This document shows, piece by piece, positions 35,653-44,507 of a stretch of DNA of 60,445 nt (position 1 is the stretch's first letter; the number at the start of each line of letters is the position of its first letter). The position numbers and the translations under genes are program-made. The DNA is from Patescibacteria group bacterium. Its GTDB lineage: Bacteria > Patescibacteriota > Microgenomatia > UBA1400 > PJMF01. The notes beneath the pieces were generated by a model. The model did no database searches and was not told where the DNA came from. It saw only the letters and a list, made by a program, of their open reading frames with translations. Location of the stretch: positions 1-60,445 of the forward strand of contig JBPOHR010000003.1 in the NCBI GenBank assembly GCA_052035325.1, given 5' to 3'.

Positions 35653-36615
35653 TTAGGTAGTCCCCAAGTAGAAGACTTCTTCCTGCAAGTGTACACCAAA
35701 TGTCTCAAATACGCGTTTTTTCACTAGTTCAATAAGGTCTTTAACTTGCTGAGCGGTACCGTTTCCTGTATTGACCATAAATGCTGCATGGACCTGACTT
35801 ACCTCAATATCGCCAATTCGCGTGCCTTTGAGGCCTGCATGATCAATTAAAAAACCTGCGGGCACATGACTACGATGGGCAAATTGAGGAAAACGCGATT
35901 TGAGTTCGTCTGTGTTGGGCGGATTTTGGAAAATACAGCCTGAACTAGGTACTCCGAGCGGCTGTGTGCTTGCTCGGTACTGCGTTGCCTGCTTGATCAA
36001 TGCTTGTGAAGTTGCCTCATCCCCATCGGGCAATCGGAACTCCACCGCCCAAATAATCTCGTTACTCGTTTGGAAGCGGCTATGGTCATACTCAAAATCA
36101 CACTGCTCGGCATCCAACCACTGGACATAACCATCCTCAATATCAACGACTTGGACACGTGTCACATATTCGCTTATCAGGTGCTCCATGTAGTGTGCAT
36201 TGTTAAAAATTGCACCACCTATCGTACCGGGCACCCCCAAAAAATACTCTAGCCCACTTAGGCCGGCTTGAATTACTTGGCGAACGGCGGTGGCAGTCTT
36301 GCAACCTGCGCCGATCACACACCGATGTGGATCTTCTGTATTAAAAACGATCTCGCGAAAGGCTACTCTTATCACAATACCGTCAATTCCTTTGTCAGAA
36401 ACCACTACGTTACTTGCTCCACCTAATACGGTAACTGGACAATTTTCCGCCTGACACCACACTAAAACGTGTTGCAGTACCACAAGTGTATCAACATCAA
36501 GAAAAAGCTCGGCTACTCCACCTAACTTGAAGTAAGTAATCGTCGACAAGTCAAAATCAAGTTGCCAAGATAATGTAGGAAAGTCAGTAATAATCTTAGT
36601 TTGCCATGCTGTCAT
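35653..36615 (-). CDS. murB: UDP-N-acetylenolpyruvoylglucosamine reductase MurB
   Basis: TYFKLGG, LGGASNVVV, GLEYFLGVPGTIGGA, SSGCIFQNP, HAAFMVN, LQEEV. Confidence 0.95.
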   Translation of the reverse strand: MTAWQTKIITDFPTLSWQLDFDLSTITYFKLGGVAELFLDVDTLVVLQHVLVWCQAENCPVTVLGGASNVVVSDKGIDGIVIRVAFREIVFNTEDPHRCVIGAGCKTATAVRQVIQAGLSGLEYFLGVPGTIGGAIFNNAHYMEHLISEYVTRVQVVDIEDGYVQWLDAEQCDFEYDHSRFQTSNEIIWAVEFRLPDGDEATSQALIKQATQYRASTQPLGVPSSGCIFQNPPNTDELKSRFPQFAHRSHVPAGFLIDHAGLKGTRIGDIEVSQVHAAFMVNTGNGTAQQVKDLIELVKKRVFETFGVHLQEEVFYLGTT

Positions 36616-36621
36616 AAATTA

Positions 36622-38064
36622 TCAATCTAGTTTCAGTCCATCATACACATGATAAATATCACCTGCACCTACCGTCAAACACACCATACCTTTCTCTAAT
36701 TTTGTGACCAATATCTCCCTTAGCGTCGGCAAAGTATGATAATTCGTTGCTTTGTGAGCACCTGCGTGTGTGTTGATCGAATCACACAATAAATCACTTG
36801 TCACCGTAGGATCAAGTGCCTCCCGTGCTGAGGGAAAAATATCGATCATTGCCACTTCGTCTGCTTCATCAAACGCCGTTACAAAGTCAGCAAATAAAGC
36901 TTTGGTCCGAGAAAAGGTATGAGATTGAAAAGCCACCATCAACCGAGATTCAGGAAACCACTCTCGATAAGCATGAATGATTGCTCGCACTTCATGCGGG
37001 TGATGAGCATAGTCGTCATACAGTTTTGCTCCTCGATAGTGACCAATATATTCAGCACGACGTTTAGTGGAACGGAAAGATGTCAACGCCTCAACTGCAG
37101 CAGCTACTGTTACACCGTATTTCTGGACTGCCAACACCGCTGCTAAGGCATTCAATAGATTAAAGCGACCGGGTAGTTGCAACCGCAGGGTAGCTGGCTG
37201 TCCTAAGACCAGAATGTCGGTCTCTGTCATTCCTGCATTTGCCACAACATCACCAATAAGTCGTGCATCCGCAGTGGCATCGTCACCAAAGTAGGTGTAC
37301 TGTACTTTTAGTTGATGTATTGCTCGAATTTCTTCAGCGGCTTTTCGATGGGAGACATTCATAATGATCTGCCCATCAGCCGGTACTGTCTCAAAAAAAG
37401 TTCCAAATACTTCTAGTGTATGAGCAAAGTCTCGATACACATCGGGATGATCAAACTCCAGATTGGTACACACAATCGTCTGTGGTCGCAAAAAAGAAAA
37501 GCGAGGAGTGATTGGTTCGCCTCTGCTAGGTGCTGTACTGTCGATCACGTACTCGTCTGCCTCTGCCACGAAAACTTGACTCGTCTCGCGCCACGCACCA
37601 GTACCAAGCAAACCTGGGATCCCACCTACCCCTATCGCATAACTTGGCGTGTGAGCGGTTTTTTCGAGGATCCAGGCAATCATTGCTGAGGTAGTTGATT
37701 TACCACCGACGCCACAAACTGCAATCCCTTCTTTCTGATTGAACATCCAGCTGAGTGCTTCTGCGTGTGAGGCCGTCGGAATTTCTTGCTCATTTGCCCG
37801 CACCACTTGAGGATTAAACTTACCTTGATGCGCTGCCGTATAGACGACGACATCTGTATCTGGCGGCAAAGGCGCCAAAAAATCAGTACCAATTGGTACT
37901 GACAACTGATCGAGTGCTTCTTTGGTCACAAAATCTTCCGACACGTCAACGCCAGTTACTCGTTTGCCGGCTGCCGCCAAACACTGAGCTAAAGCTGTCA
38001 TCGCCACACCCTTGATCCCAACTAAATGCCACTGGTCAAATGACTGCCACAAAGGAACTGTCAT
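36622..38064 (-). CDS. murC: UDP-MurNAc--L-alanine ligase MurC
   Basis: GIKGVAMTALA, GKSTTS, VAEADE, EFDHPD, DDYAHHPHEV, FQSHTFSRT, GAGDI. Confidence 0.95.
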   Translation of the reverse strand: MTVPLWQSFDQWHLVGIKGVAMTALAQCLAAAGKRVTGVDVSEDFVTKEALDQLSVPIGTDFLAPLPPDTDVVVYTAAHQGKFNPQVVRANEQEIPTASHAEALSWMFNQKEGIAVCGVGGKSTTSAMIAWILEKTAHTPSYAIGVGGIPGLLGTGAWRETSQVFVAEADEYVIDSTAPSRGEPITPRFSFLRPQTIVCTNLEFDHPDVYRDFAHTLEVFGTFFETVPADGQIIMNVSHRKAAEEIRAIHQLKVQYTYFGDDATADARLIGDVVANAGMTETDILVLGQPATLRLQLPGRFNLLNALAAVLAVQKYGVTVAAAVEALTSFRSTKRRAEYIGHYRGAKLYDDYAHHPHEVRAIIHAYREWFPESRLMVAFQSHTFSRTKALFADFVTAFDEADEVAMIDIFPSAREALDPTVTSDLLCDSINTHAGAHKATNYHTLPTLREILVTKLEKGMVCLTVGAGDIYHVYDGLKLD

Positions 38065-39035
38065 GTGAGTACTTCCTGAAATACAGGCGAGAGTTTGCTA
38101 GAGTCATGTCGGAGCAGTGATCGATGTGCAGTATCAACTTCTGATGTTTGGAATACTTCATTGGCAATCACCGATCGACGTAGAACTCGGGGATCATCAC
38201 CCATATCATCAACCACAGGATACTCGTGTTCTTCGGCATAGTACTTCAATGTTTGATCATCGATGACTTCAGTATTAATCAGTATGTAGTCCACTGGTCG
38301 ACCCAATGCAGACTCGATACCAGCGATATGATCATGTGCTGACATATCTGGAGTTTGGGTGTTGCGAGTCATTAAATTGAGGACATACAGCACCTTACCA
38401 GAAATATGTGCGAAGACTTCTTTCGTCCCGCCAGCAACAAGCACCGCCATCAAACTAGCATAATAATCACCTGGTCCTATCACAATCAAATCAGCAGTTC
38501 CCAGTGCGTCGGCAGCTTGTGGATTCAGCTGGGCGGGAGGTTGTAAACTAACGGAACTTACTTTTTTCGGCTTGGCACTATCCTCATCCAAAATATGCTC
38601 ACCCACTGCCATAGTTCCATCACTGTAGTTGATCTGCAATTGGACATTTTCTTTAGTCGCTGGAATGACCGTGCCATCGATACGGAACACTTTTTCGGCA
38701 ATTTCTAAAGCTTGAGTCGTATCACCAGTCATATCTTGCAAGGCAGTTAGAATAAGATTACCCAAGTTATGACCCTTGAGACCCTCACCCTTCTTGAATC
38801 GATACAATAGAATGTTTCGAATCCACTCCTCACCTTGATTTTCAGCAAGAGCTGCCAATGACTGGCGCAAATCACCCACAGCCTGAAAACCAAACTCATC
38901 TCGGATACGCCCCGTCGAACCTCCCGAGTCTGAAACAGCTATCACCGTTGAGATTGATGCTCCTATTTGTTTAAACGCCTGGATCACGGGAAATGTTCCG
39001 GTTCCACCGCCCATCACTACAACTTGTTTTGCCAT
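38061..39035 (-). CDS. yvcK: YvcK/GlmR (UPF0052, CofD-like) UDP-sugar-binding protein
   Basis: VVMGGGTG, DSGGSTGRIR, GDLRQ, GHNLGNL, IGPG, LLRHDS.KL. Confidence 0.9.
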   Translation of the reverse strand: MAKQVVVMGGGTGTFPVIQAFKQIGASISTVIAVSDSGGSTGRIRDEFGFQAVGDLRQSLAALAENQGEEWIRNILLYRFKKGEGLKGHNLGNLILTALQDMTGDTTQALEIAEKVFRIDGTVIPATKENVQLQINYSDGTMAVGEHILDEDSAKPKKVSSVSLQPPAQLNPQAADALGTADLIVIGPGDYYASLMAVLVAGGTKEVFAHISGKVLYVLNLMTRNTQTPDMSAHDHIAGIESALGRPVDYILINTEVIDDQTLKYYAEEHEYPVVDDMGDDPRVLRRSVIANEVFQTSEVDTAHRSLLRHDSSKLSPVFQEVLT

Positions 39036-39044
39036 GGTATCTTT

Positions 39045-40274
39045 CTAAGAAGTCGTTGAAGCTTCACCAAGAGCCCGTTTAACGGCTCCCAGATCACTCC
39101 ATGGATATTCGGTAGTACCAATACACATACTTGCTTCGTGGCCTTTACCAAAAATCCCAACGATATCTCCTTTTTTCGCCAATTCAGTGATAGCAAAGGT
39201 AATAGCCATTTGTCGATCGGCAATTGTGAGAATTTTGTTATGACCCGTCGTCAGCTGTTCCTTCATTTCACGAATAATACTCCAGATATCTTCTTGACGT
39301 GGGTCTTCAGCCGTCAAAATAACGTAATCTGCTAAATCACACGCGATAGCTGTCATCATGGGACGTTTGCCACGATCACGTTCACTAGCACATCCAAATA
39401 CAGCAATTATTTTTGATTTCGATTGTTTTTTTTGCATTTGAAGTGCTGTGAGTGCATTTTCCAATCCTTGAGGGGTGTGTGCAAAGTCGATCACAATATC
39501 TAAGCCTTTTTTGTTGGGGACACGTTCCATTCTGCCAGGAACAGCAGTAAAAGTCGCAAATCCTGCTGCCGCTTGCTCCGGTGTGACACCAACCCGAGAT
39601 GCCAATGCATACACAAGTCGCGCATTCGAGTGATTGTATGGCTCAAGAAATCGATCATCAATCGCTTGCGCTACTACTTTGGGTAATGTGTCTTGAACTG
39701 AATACTCCACAACTTGTGCTGCATTTCCACGCAGTTCTTTACGCACCTTGGCGTGTGATTGGTCATCCGCATTTATCACTGCCACAGTAGCTGATTTTAA
39801 CAACAAGGCCTTAGCTGCCACATATCGCTCATACGTTAGATGATAGTCAAGATGTTCATGAGCAATGTTGGTCAGTCCAGCTAGATTTGGTCGCCATCCC
39901 CAGGTGCGTGATTGATAAATACCATGCGAGGTTGTTTCGATTACCAAGTGTGTGCAACCTTCACGCACCATCTCTCGCATGAACGAGAATACTTGACTTG
40001 GCAGCGGAGCAGTAACGTGAAATCCTGTGTCAAATTGTCGATCACCAATGTACGCCGCAACTGTACTAATAAGACCCACCTTATACCCTGCCGACTTCAG
40101 TACGTGGTAGAGCATCGTCGCCGAGGTGGTTTTCCCATCTGTGCCAGTAATAGCAAGTATCTGGAGTTTACGTTGAGGAAAGCCATTTCTAATCATTGCT
40201 GGCAGACCATTGAACAAACCTGTCTTGATTATGTGAACAGGTCTTTTGAGCCAATAGAGCAATTCAGCTAGCAT
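39045..40274 (-). CDS. murE: MurE-like Mur ligase (short, 409 aa)
   Basis: ITGTDGKTT, HVTAP, ETTSHG, EHLDYH, VPGRME, DFAHTP, GCASERDRGKRP.M, TAEDPR, GKGHE. Confidence 0.85.
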   Translation of the reverse strand: MLAELLYWLKRPVHIIKTGLFNGLPAMIRNGFPQRKLQILAITGTDGKTTSATMLYHVLKSAGYKVGLISTVAAYIGDRQFDTGFHVTAPLPSQVFSFMREMVREGCTHLVIETTSHGIYQSRTWGWRPNLAGLTNIAHEHLDYHLTYERYVAAKALLLKSATVAVINADDQSHAKVRKELRGNAAQVVEYSVQDTLPKVVAQAIDDRFLEPYNHSNARLVYALASRVGVTPEQAAAGFATFTAVPGRMERVPNKKGLDIVIDFAHTPQGLENALTALQMQKKQSKSKIIAVFGCASERDRGKRPMMTAIACDLADYVILTAEDPRQEDIWSIIREMKEQLTTGHNKILTIADRQMAITFAITELAKKGDIVGIFGKGHEASMCIGTTEYPWSDLGAVKRALGEASTTS

Positions 40275-40293
40275 ATGAATGATTGATTATAGC

Positions 40294-42060
40294 CTAGTTC
40301 AAAATTGATTTATCAGGGGGAATATTCATTACTAAAAATACCTTTTTTGCCACTCGATACCAGAGCGGGGCCGCTGTCTCTGCTGCCCATGGGGAGGATG
40401 TTGGCTCAACCAACTTCACCAACATTATAAACTCGGGGTGATCAGGTGGAGCAAATCCTATGAATGTCGCAATGGTCCTATCTGTAGCATAGCCACCCGG
40501 AATCGGAACTTGAGATGTACCAGTTTTGGCTGCCACCCAATGATCATTCGACGCAATCCATTGCGCTTCACCTTTTTGAGCTGCATACACCATCATTTCA
40601 GTTACTTTTTGCGCTGTCTGGGCAGAGACTGGTTCTGATTCAATTACTGGTTCACTCATCAGGATTTCACCTGTATTGAAGTCTTCTGCTGTTTTGATAA
40701 GCGTAGGTCGGACAACTTTCCCTTGATTGGCAATTGCATTAATAGCTTTCAAGACTTGCAGGCTTGTCGTACTAATACCCTGGCCAAACGAAATCGTCGC
40801 CAACTCTACAGGGCCCCACTGTGCTGGAAATGGTGGTGAAGTATCCTCTTGCAACTCAACTCCAGCTTCGTGACCTAAACCAAATTTCTGAAGATAGCTC
40901 TTTAACTTTTCAGATCCCAACTGTTCTGCTACAAAAATCATTGCCGTATTGTCCGACTTTGCGATTGCCTCGGTCATGGTGATATTAGGATGATATTCAT
41001 TGTTCCACGTCTTCAAGGTGAAACCTGCAATTTTGCGAGGACCATCACACTGCGGGCACTGTGTTTCTGGCGTAATGACGCCTGCATCGATTCCAGCTGC
41101 CACGGTCAGTGTTTTCAAGGTAGATCCCGGCTCATATCCGCTGGAAACCGCAGGGTTTTTATAGAGTTGTGCATCAAAATCAGCAAACGCAGCAGGATCA
41201 TAGCCAGGAGCAGTTGCCATTGCCAAAATGTGACCGGTTTGGGGTTGCATAATAATAATTTCGCCACTTTTGGCACCGTACTGCTCTAATCCATACGCCA
41301 AATTTTCCTCTGCGATATGTTGTAAATCTCGTCGAATCGTTAACGTAATGTCACGACCATCCTGAGGTCTTGAAGCTAATAAACTGCTTGGAAGCTTTAA
41401 ACCAGGTAATACTCGAGGCAATATGCGGCGATCAAATGCTCCACTCAACTCACGATCCAACGCGCCTTCTATTCCAAAATATCCCACATCATCTCCTCCC
41501 TCATTTTTTCCAACAAACCCTACCACTTGTGCTGCTAAAGATGCTTCTGGATACGCTCGCGCAAAATATGGTTCTGTGCCTACACCTGTAATTTCAAGAT
41601 GCTTGACCGCACTACGATGCACTTCATCAAGTCCATCTAGCAACATCACCCACTTTGCTCCCTGCCTGGACAACTTCACTACTAAAGTATCCTCGATTTG
41701 TCGTAACTGAGTTGCCGCAGAAACTGAAGCCGAAACAGGGGCTAAATCAAGTACGAGCGGTGCCAATTGTCTTGCTACCTCTGATGGGGTAGTGGTAAGT
41801 AAATGTGGTTGGGCAAATAACCGATATCGCTGTTCTGTCATCACCACGGTATACCCATCGGCAGTTTTGATACTTCCTCGCTTACCTTGAGTAATTATCA
41901 GTTTTTCGTATTGGGATTTCGCCTCTGCTCGTAAAACAGGACCCCTAATTATTTGCCAGTAACTTAGCCGCACAACTATGGCAATCATCAGCAATATAAA
42001 TACAACCACCATCACCTGGAGTCTCTCCGGTGCTAAATGTTCCGCTGTTGATTGAATCAT
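40294..42060 (-). CDS. ftsI: Class B penicillin-binding protein (FtsI/PBP3)
   Basis: YEPGSTLK (SxxK), KSDN (SxN), AKTGT (KTG); follows ftsL. Confidence 0.92.
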   Translation of the reverse strand: MIQSTAEHLAPERLQVMVVVFILLMIAIVVRLSYWQIIRGPVLRAEAKSQYEKLIITQGKRGSIKTADGYTVVMTEQRYRLFAQPHLLTTTPSEVARQLAPLVLDLAPVSASVSAATQLRQIEDTLVVKLSRQGAKWVMLLDGLDEVHRSAVKHLEITGVGTEPYFARAYPEASLAAQVVGFVGKNEGGDDVGYFGIEGALDRELSGAFDRRILPRVLPGLKLPSSLLASRPQDGRDITLTIRRDLQHIAEENLAYGLEQYGAKSGEIIIMQPQTGHILAMATAPGYDPAAFADFDAQLYKNPAVSSGYEPGSTLKTLTVAAGIDAGVITPETQCPQCDGPRKIAGFTLKTWNNEYHPNITMTEAIAKSDNTAMIFVAEQLGSEKLKSYLQKFGLGHEAGVELQEDTSPPFPAQWGPVELATISFGQGISTTSLQVLKAINAIANQGKVVRPTLIKTAEDFNTGEILMSEPVIESEPVSAQTAQKVTEMMVYAAQKGEAQWIASNDHWVAAKTGTSQVPIPGGYATDRTIATFIGFAPPDHPEFIMLVKLVEPTSSPWAAETAAPLWYRVAKKVFLVMNIPPDKSILN

Positions 42061-42344
42061 CGCAAAGCCACGGTGGTAGGTGCTGTCACTGCAGCAACCT
42101 GTTCAATAGGCTGGAATTGGTTATACACAGAACTTGACTTAAGTTGAAGCAGCGAGTGTTGGTATGCCAACGTTCGCTCCAAATCCTGACGTTCAGAAAG
42201 TAAGTCTGCCTTATTTTTTTGTAGATCTGCGACAGATTGTTGAGATGCCAAAGCCGTCCCAGAAGTGATTACTGTACTTAACGCCTGAATAACTACAATG
42301 GCAATGAGCAAACCATAGTACAGTGCAGTGGTGCGGTATGTCAT
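42057..42344 (-). CDS. ftsL: FtsL-like protein
   Basis: 95 aa, TM plus coiled coil, between rsmH and ftsI with overlapping stop/start codons. Confidence 0.6.
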   Translation of the reverse strand: MTYRTTALYYGLLIAIVVIQALSTVITSGTALASQQSVADLQKNKADLLSERQDLERTLAYQHSLLQLKSSSVYNQFQPIEQVAAVTAPTTVALR

Positions 42345-43228
42345 ACTTCAAATATCCTTAGTTTTGCGCTGCGACTGCGAGGATTTTCCTCGAGCTCAAC
42401 AGCACCTGGTGTTAGTACGTCTTTGTTAATGCGGTGACCATATCCTGATTTTTCCCAAGCAACAAACTGTTGCTTAACCAAGCGGTCTTCCCCTTCGTGA
42501 AATGCAATCGTGATAATTCGTCCTTGTTTCAATAAATTTGGAATCTGAACTAAGACCTGAGATATGACGTCCATTTCTTGATTCACTGCCACTCGTAATG
42601 CTTGAAAAATCTTGGTAGCGGGATGCAGATGACCAGTGCGAGGATTGTGTTTAGCAATCAAATCAGCTAATTCCTGAGCACTTGGGTGCTCTGCAGCCGA
42701 AAAACGAGCAATCCACTTTTTGATGGTGGGGGCTAGTCGGTACGCCGCAAACTCGCCATGTTCTTTGAAGAGTTGTTCAAGCTGCTTAACCGGCAAGACC
42801 CTGAGCAAATCTTCGGCGGTCACACCCAAGCGATCATCCATCCTCATATCAAGAGGGGCTGAACTTGTGAAGCCAAAACCACGGTGATCGGCGAGAAGTT
42901 GATCAGAACTTGTCCCAAAATCAAACAAAATCCCGCGTAAATTATCGAGTGCGAATGTTGAGTTACCAACAGCTGACTTAACCGCTGCTGCTAGTTCAGA
43001 GAAGTTGCGACGTAGCAACACTACTTGTTCTGCAGAAATTGCTGATTTGAACTCTGTTTGACCGTACTCAATTGCTTCAGTATCTACATCCAGTGCAAGC
43101 ACTTTGCCACCTCGGCTTAAGATTTCACGAGTGTGTCCTCCTCGACCGAAAGTCGCATCTATGTACCAGTTACCTGGCTCTACTTGTAGGGCATCGACGG
43201 CTTCATGAAGTAAGACGGTTTTATGCAT
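42341..43228 (-). CDS. rsmH: 16S rRNA m4C1402 methyltransferase RsmH (MraW)
   Basis: H.TVLL.E, IDATFGRGGH, PLDMRMD, HPATKIFQALRVAVN, FHEGEDR, ENPRSRSAKLR; start set at ATG 43228 (43249 also possible). Confidence 0.96.
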   Translation of the reverse strand: MHKTVLLHEAVDALQVEPGNWYIDATFGRGGHTREILSRGGKVLALDVDTEAIEYGQTEFKSAISAEQVVLLRRNFSELAAAVKSAVGNSTFALDNLRGILFDFGTSSDQLLADHRGFGFTSSAPLDMRMDDRLGVTAEDLLRVLPVKQLEQLFKEHGEFAAYRLAPTIKKWIARFSAAEHPSAQELADLIAKHNPRTGHLHPATKIFQALRVAVNQEMDVISQVLVQIPNLLKQGRIITIAFHEGEDRLVKQQFVAWEKSGYGHRINKDVLTPGAVELEENPRSRSAKLRIFEV

Positions 43229-43673
43229 GGTGTTGTTTGAGTGTTGCATCAGGTGAATCTGTCATGTGTTCGGCAATATCTTCTGCTTGGCTCTCCAAGT
43301 TATCGACATACGTGTGATAGAGAGGCACGTCCCAGATCTCAATCCAGGAAAAGCTGCCTACAATTACCACATTTTTCTGAAGTTTGGCGAACTCAATCAA
43401 GTACTCGGGCAGTTGTACTCGACCATTGTTGTCAACCTCGACTTCGACGGCGTCATTTGTCATAAGACGAACAAAGTCACGATTATATTTCACTGTGAAG
43501 GTGCGCTCCGAGAGCTCCGCAATTTTCTGTTGAAAGTCCTGGGCGGGAAAACCAAATAGTCCCCCATCCAAACCTCTCGTCAGTATCCAGTTGGTGGTGT
43601 ACTCACGAAATGTTTTGGGCAGCGAGAGGCGATTATTCGTCTCAATGGTGTGATAAAAGCGCCCGATGAACAT
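43221..43673 (-). CDS. mraZ: Transcriptional regulator MraZ
   Basis: MFIGRFYHTIE..NRLSLP, TRGLDG.L, VDNNGRVQLP, EIWD; start set at ATG 43673. Confidence 0.96.
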   Translation of the reverse strand: MFIGRFYHTIETNNRLSLPKTFREYTTNWILTRGLDGGLFGFPAQDFQQKIAELSERTFTVKYNRDFVRLMTNDAVEVEVDNNGRVQLPEYLIEFAKLQKNVVIVGSFSWIEIWDVPLYHTYVDNLESQAEDIAEHMTDSPDATLKQHHA

Positions 43674-43684
43674 TTTTATAAGCT

Positions 43685-43704
43685 TTTTTACCAATTTTTA
43701 CCAA
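43685..43704 (-). promoter_or_regulatory. Tandem 10-bp direct repeat (TTGGTAAAAA)x2 upstream of mraZ, a candidate MraZ operator
   Basis: Perfect 10-bp period, 12-31 nt upstream of the mraZ ATG. Confidence 0.65.
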
Positions 43705-43789
43705 CTGGCATATATTTAGTAAACACCATCTGGTAGCAGATGTAAAGAGGGAGATTTAGTTTATAATATTGATCTGTTAATAAGGATCT

Positions 43790-44503
43790 ATGCCCACCTT
43801 ACTAGGAAAAGAACTGTTGCAAGAAGAAGAAGCGATGATTGCTATAGCAGAAGGGGCAAATCGGGAAAGTGAGAAAGATGAGCTTTTTCACGATGGCGAA
43901 CTTGCTGAGATTGATTCCCCCTCGCTAAATGTATTAGATCAGTTAATCAAGTCAAATGAGCAACTGAGCGAGGCTGTTTTAGAATTTTTACGTATCGCAG
44001 CACAACTAGAAAACGTTAAAAAAAGGTTGAATTACTTGAGTAAAGAAAGTGCTATTATTTTAGGGCTCTTTTTTTCGATTATTACGACCATTTTTTTCTC
44101 CACATATCCAATCCCACCTGACATGGAGGCTAGAATCGGTCAACTGTTTCTTTCCTCAGCAGCCTCATTATCTGCAACCGCATTTTTGTATACTACAAAC
44201 CTTATTAATTCAATAAAAAGAATAATTACTAAAGTTAACAGACAAAGAATCGAAGAATACAGCCTTCTGCTGGAACAGCAAGTTAGGCTTAGTAGCGAAC
44301 TGGAAGAATCAAGTGTGAGCGTTCAGCGAGCCATCGATTACTATTCAAATAAAAATGGAAAACCATTTGCCGCTAGACGTCTGCTGACACTTCTAACGAC
44401 AATTCCCCGTTTTCAAAGCTCATATCAATACAATCTCAAATACGTATTTATTGAGATAGCAAAACCTAAGGCAAAAAAAGAGGAAGGTACCTCAGTTAAA
44501 TGA
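43790..44503 (+). CDS. Hypothetical protein with a two-TM hairpin between coiled coils
   Basis: TATAAT at 43762-43767, SD AAGGA, 237-aa ORF; A/T-rich. Confidence 0.75.
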   Translation: MPTLLGKELLQEEEAMIAIAEGANRESEKDELFHDGELAEIDSPSLNVLDQLIKSNEQLSEAVLEFLRIAAQLENVKKRLNYLSKESAIILGLFFSIITTIFFSTYPIPPDMEARIGQLFLSSAASLSATAFLYTTNLINSIKRIITKVNRQRIEEYSLLLEQQVRLSSELEESSVSVQRAIDYYSNKNGKPFAARRLLTLLTTIPRFQSSYQYNLKYVFIEIAKPKAKKEEGTSVK

Positions 44504-44507
44504 GGTA

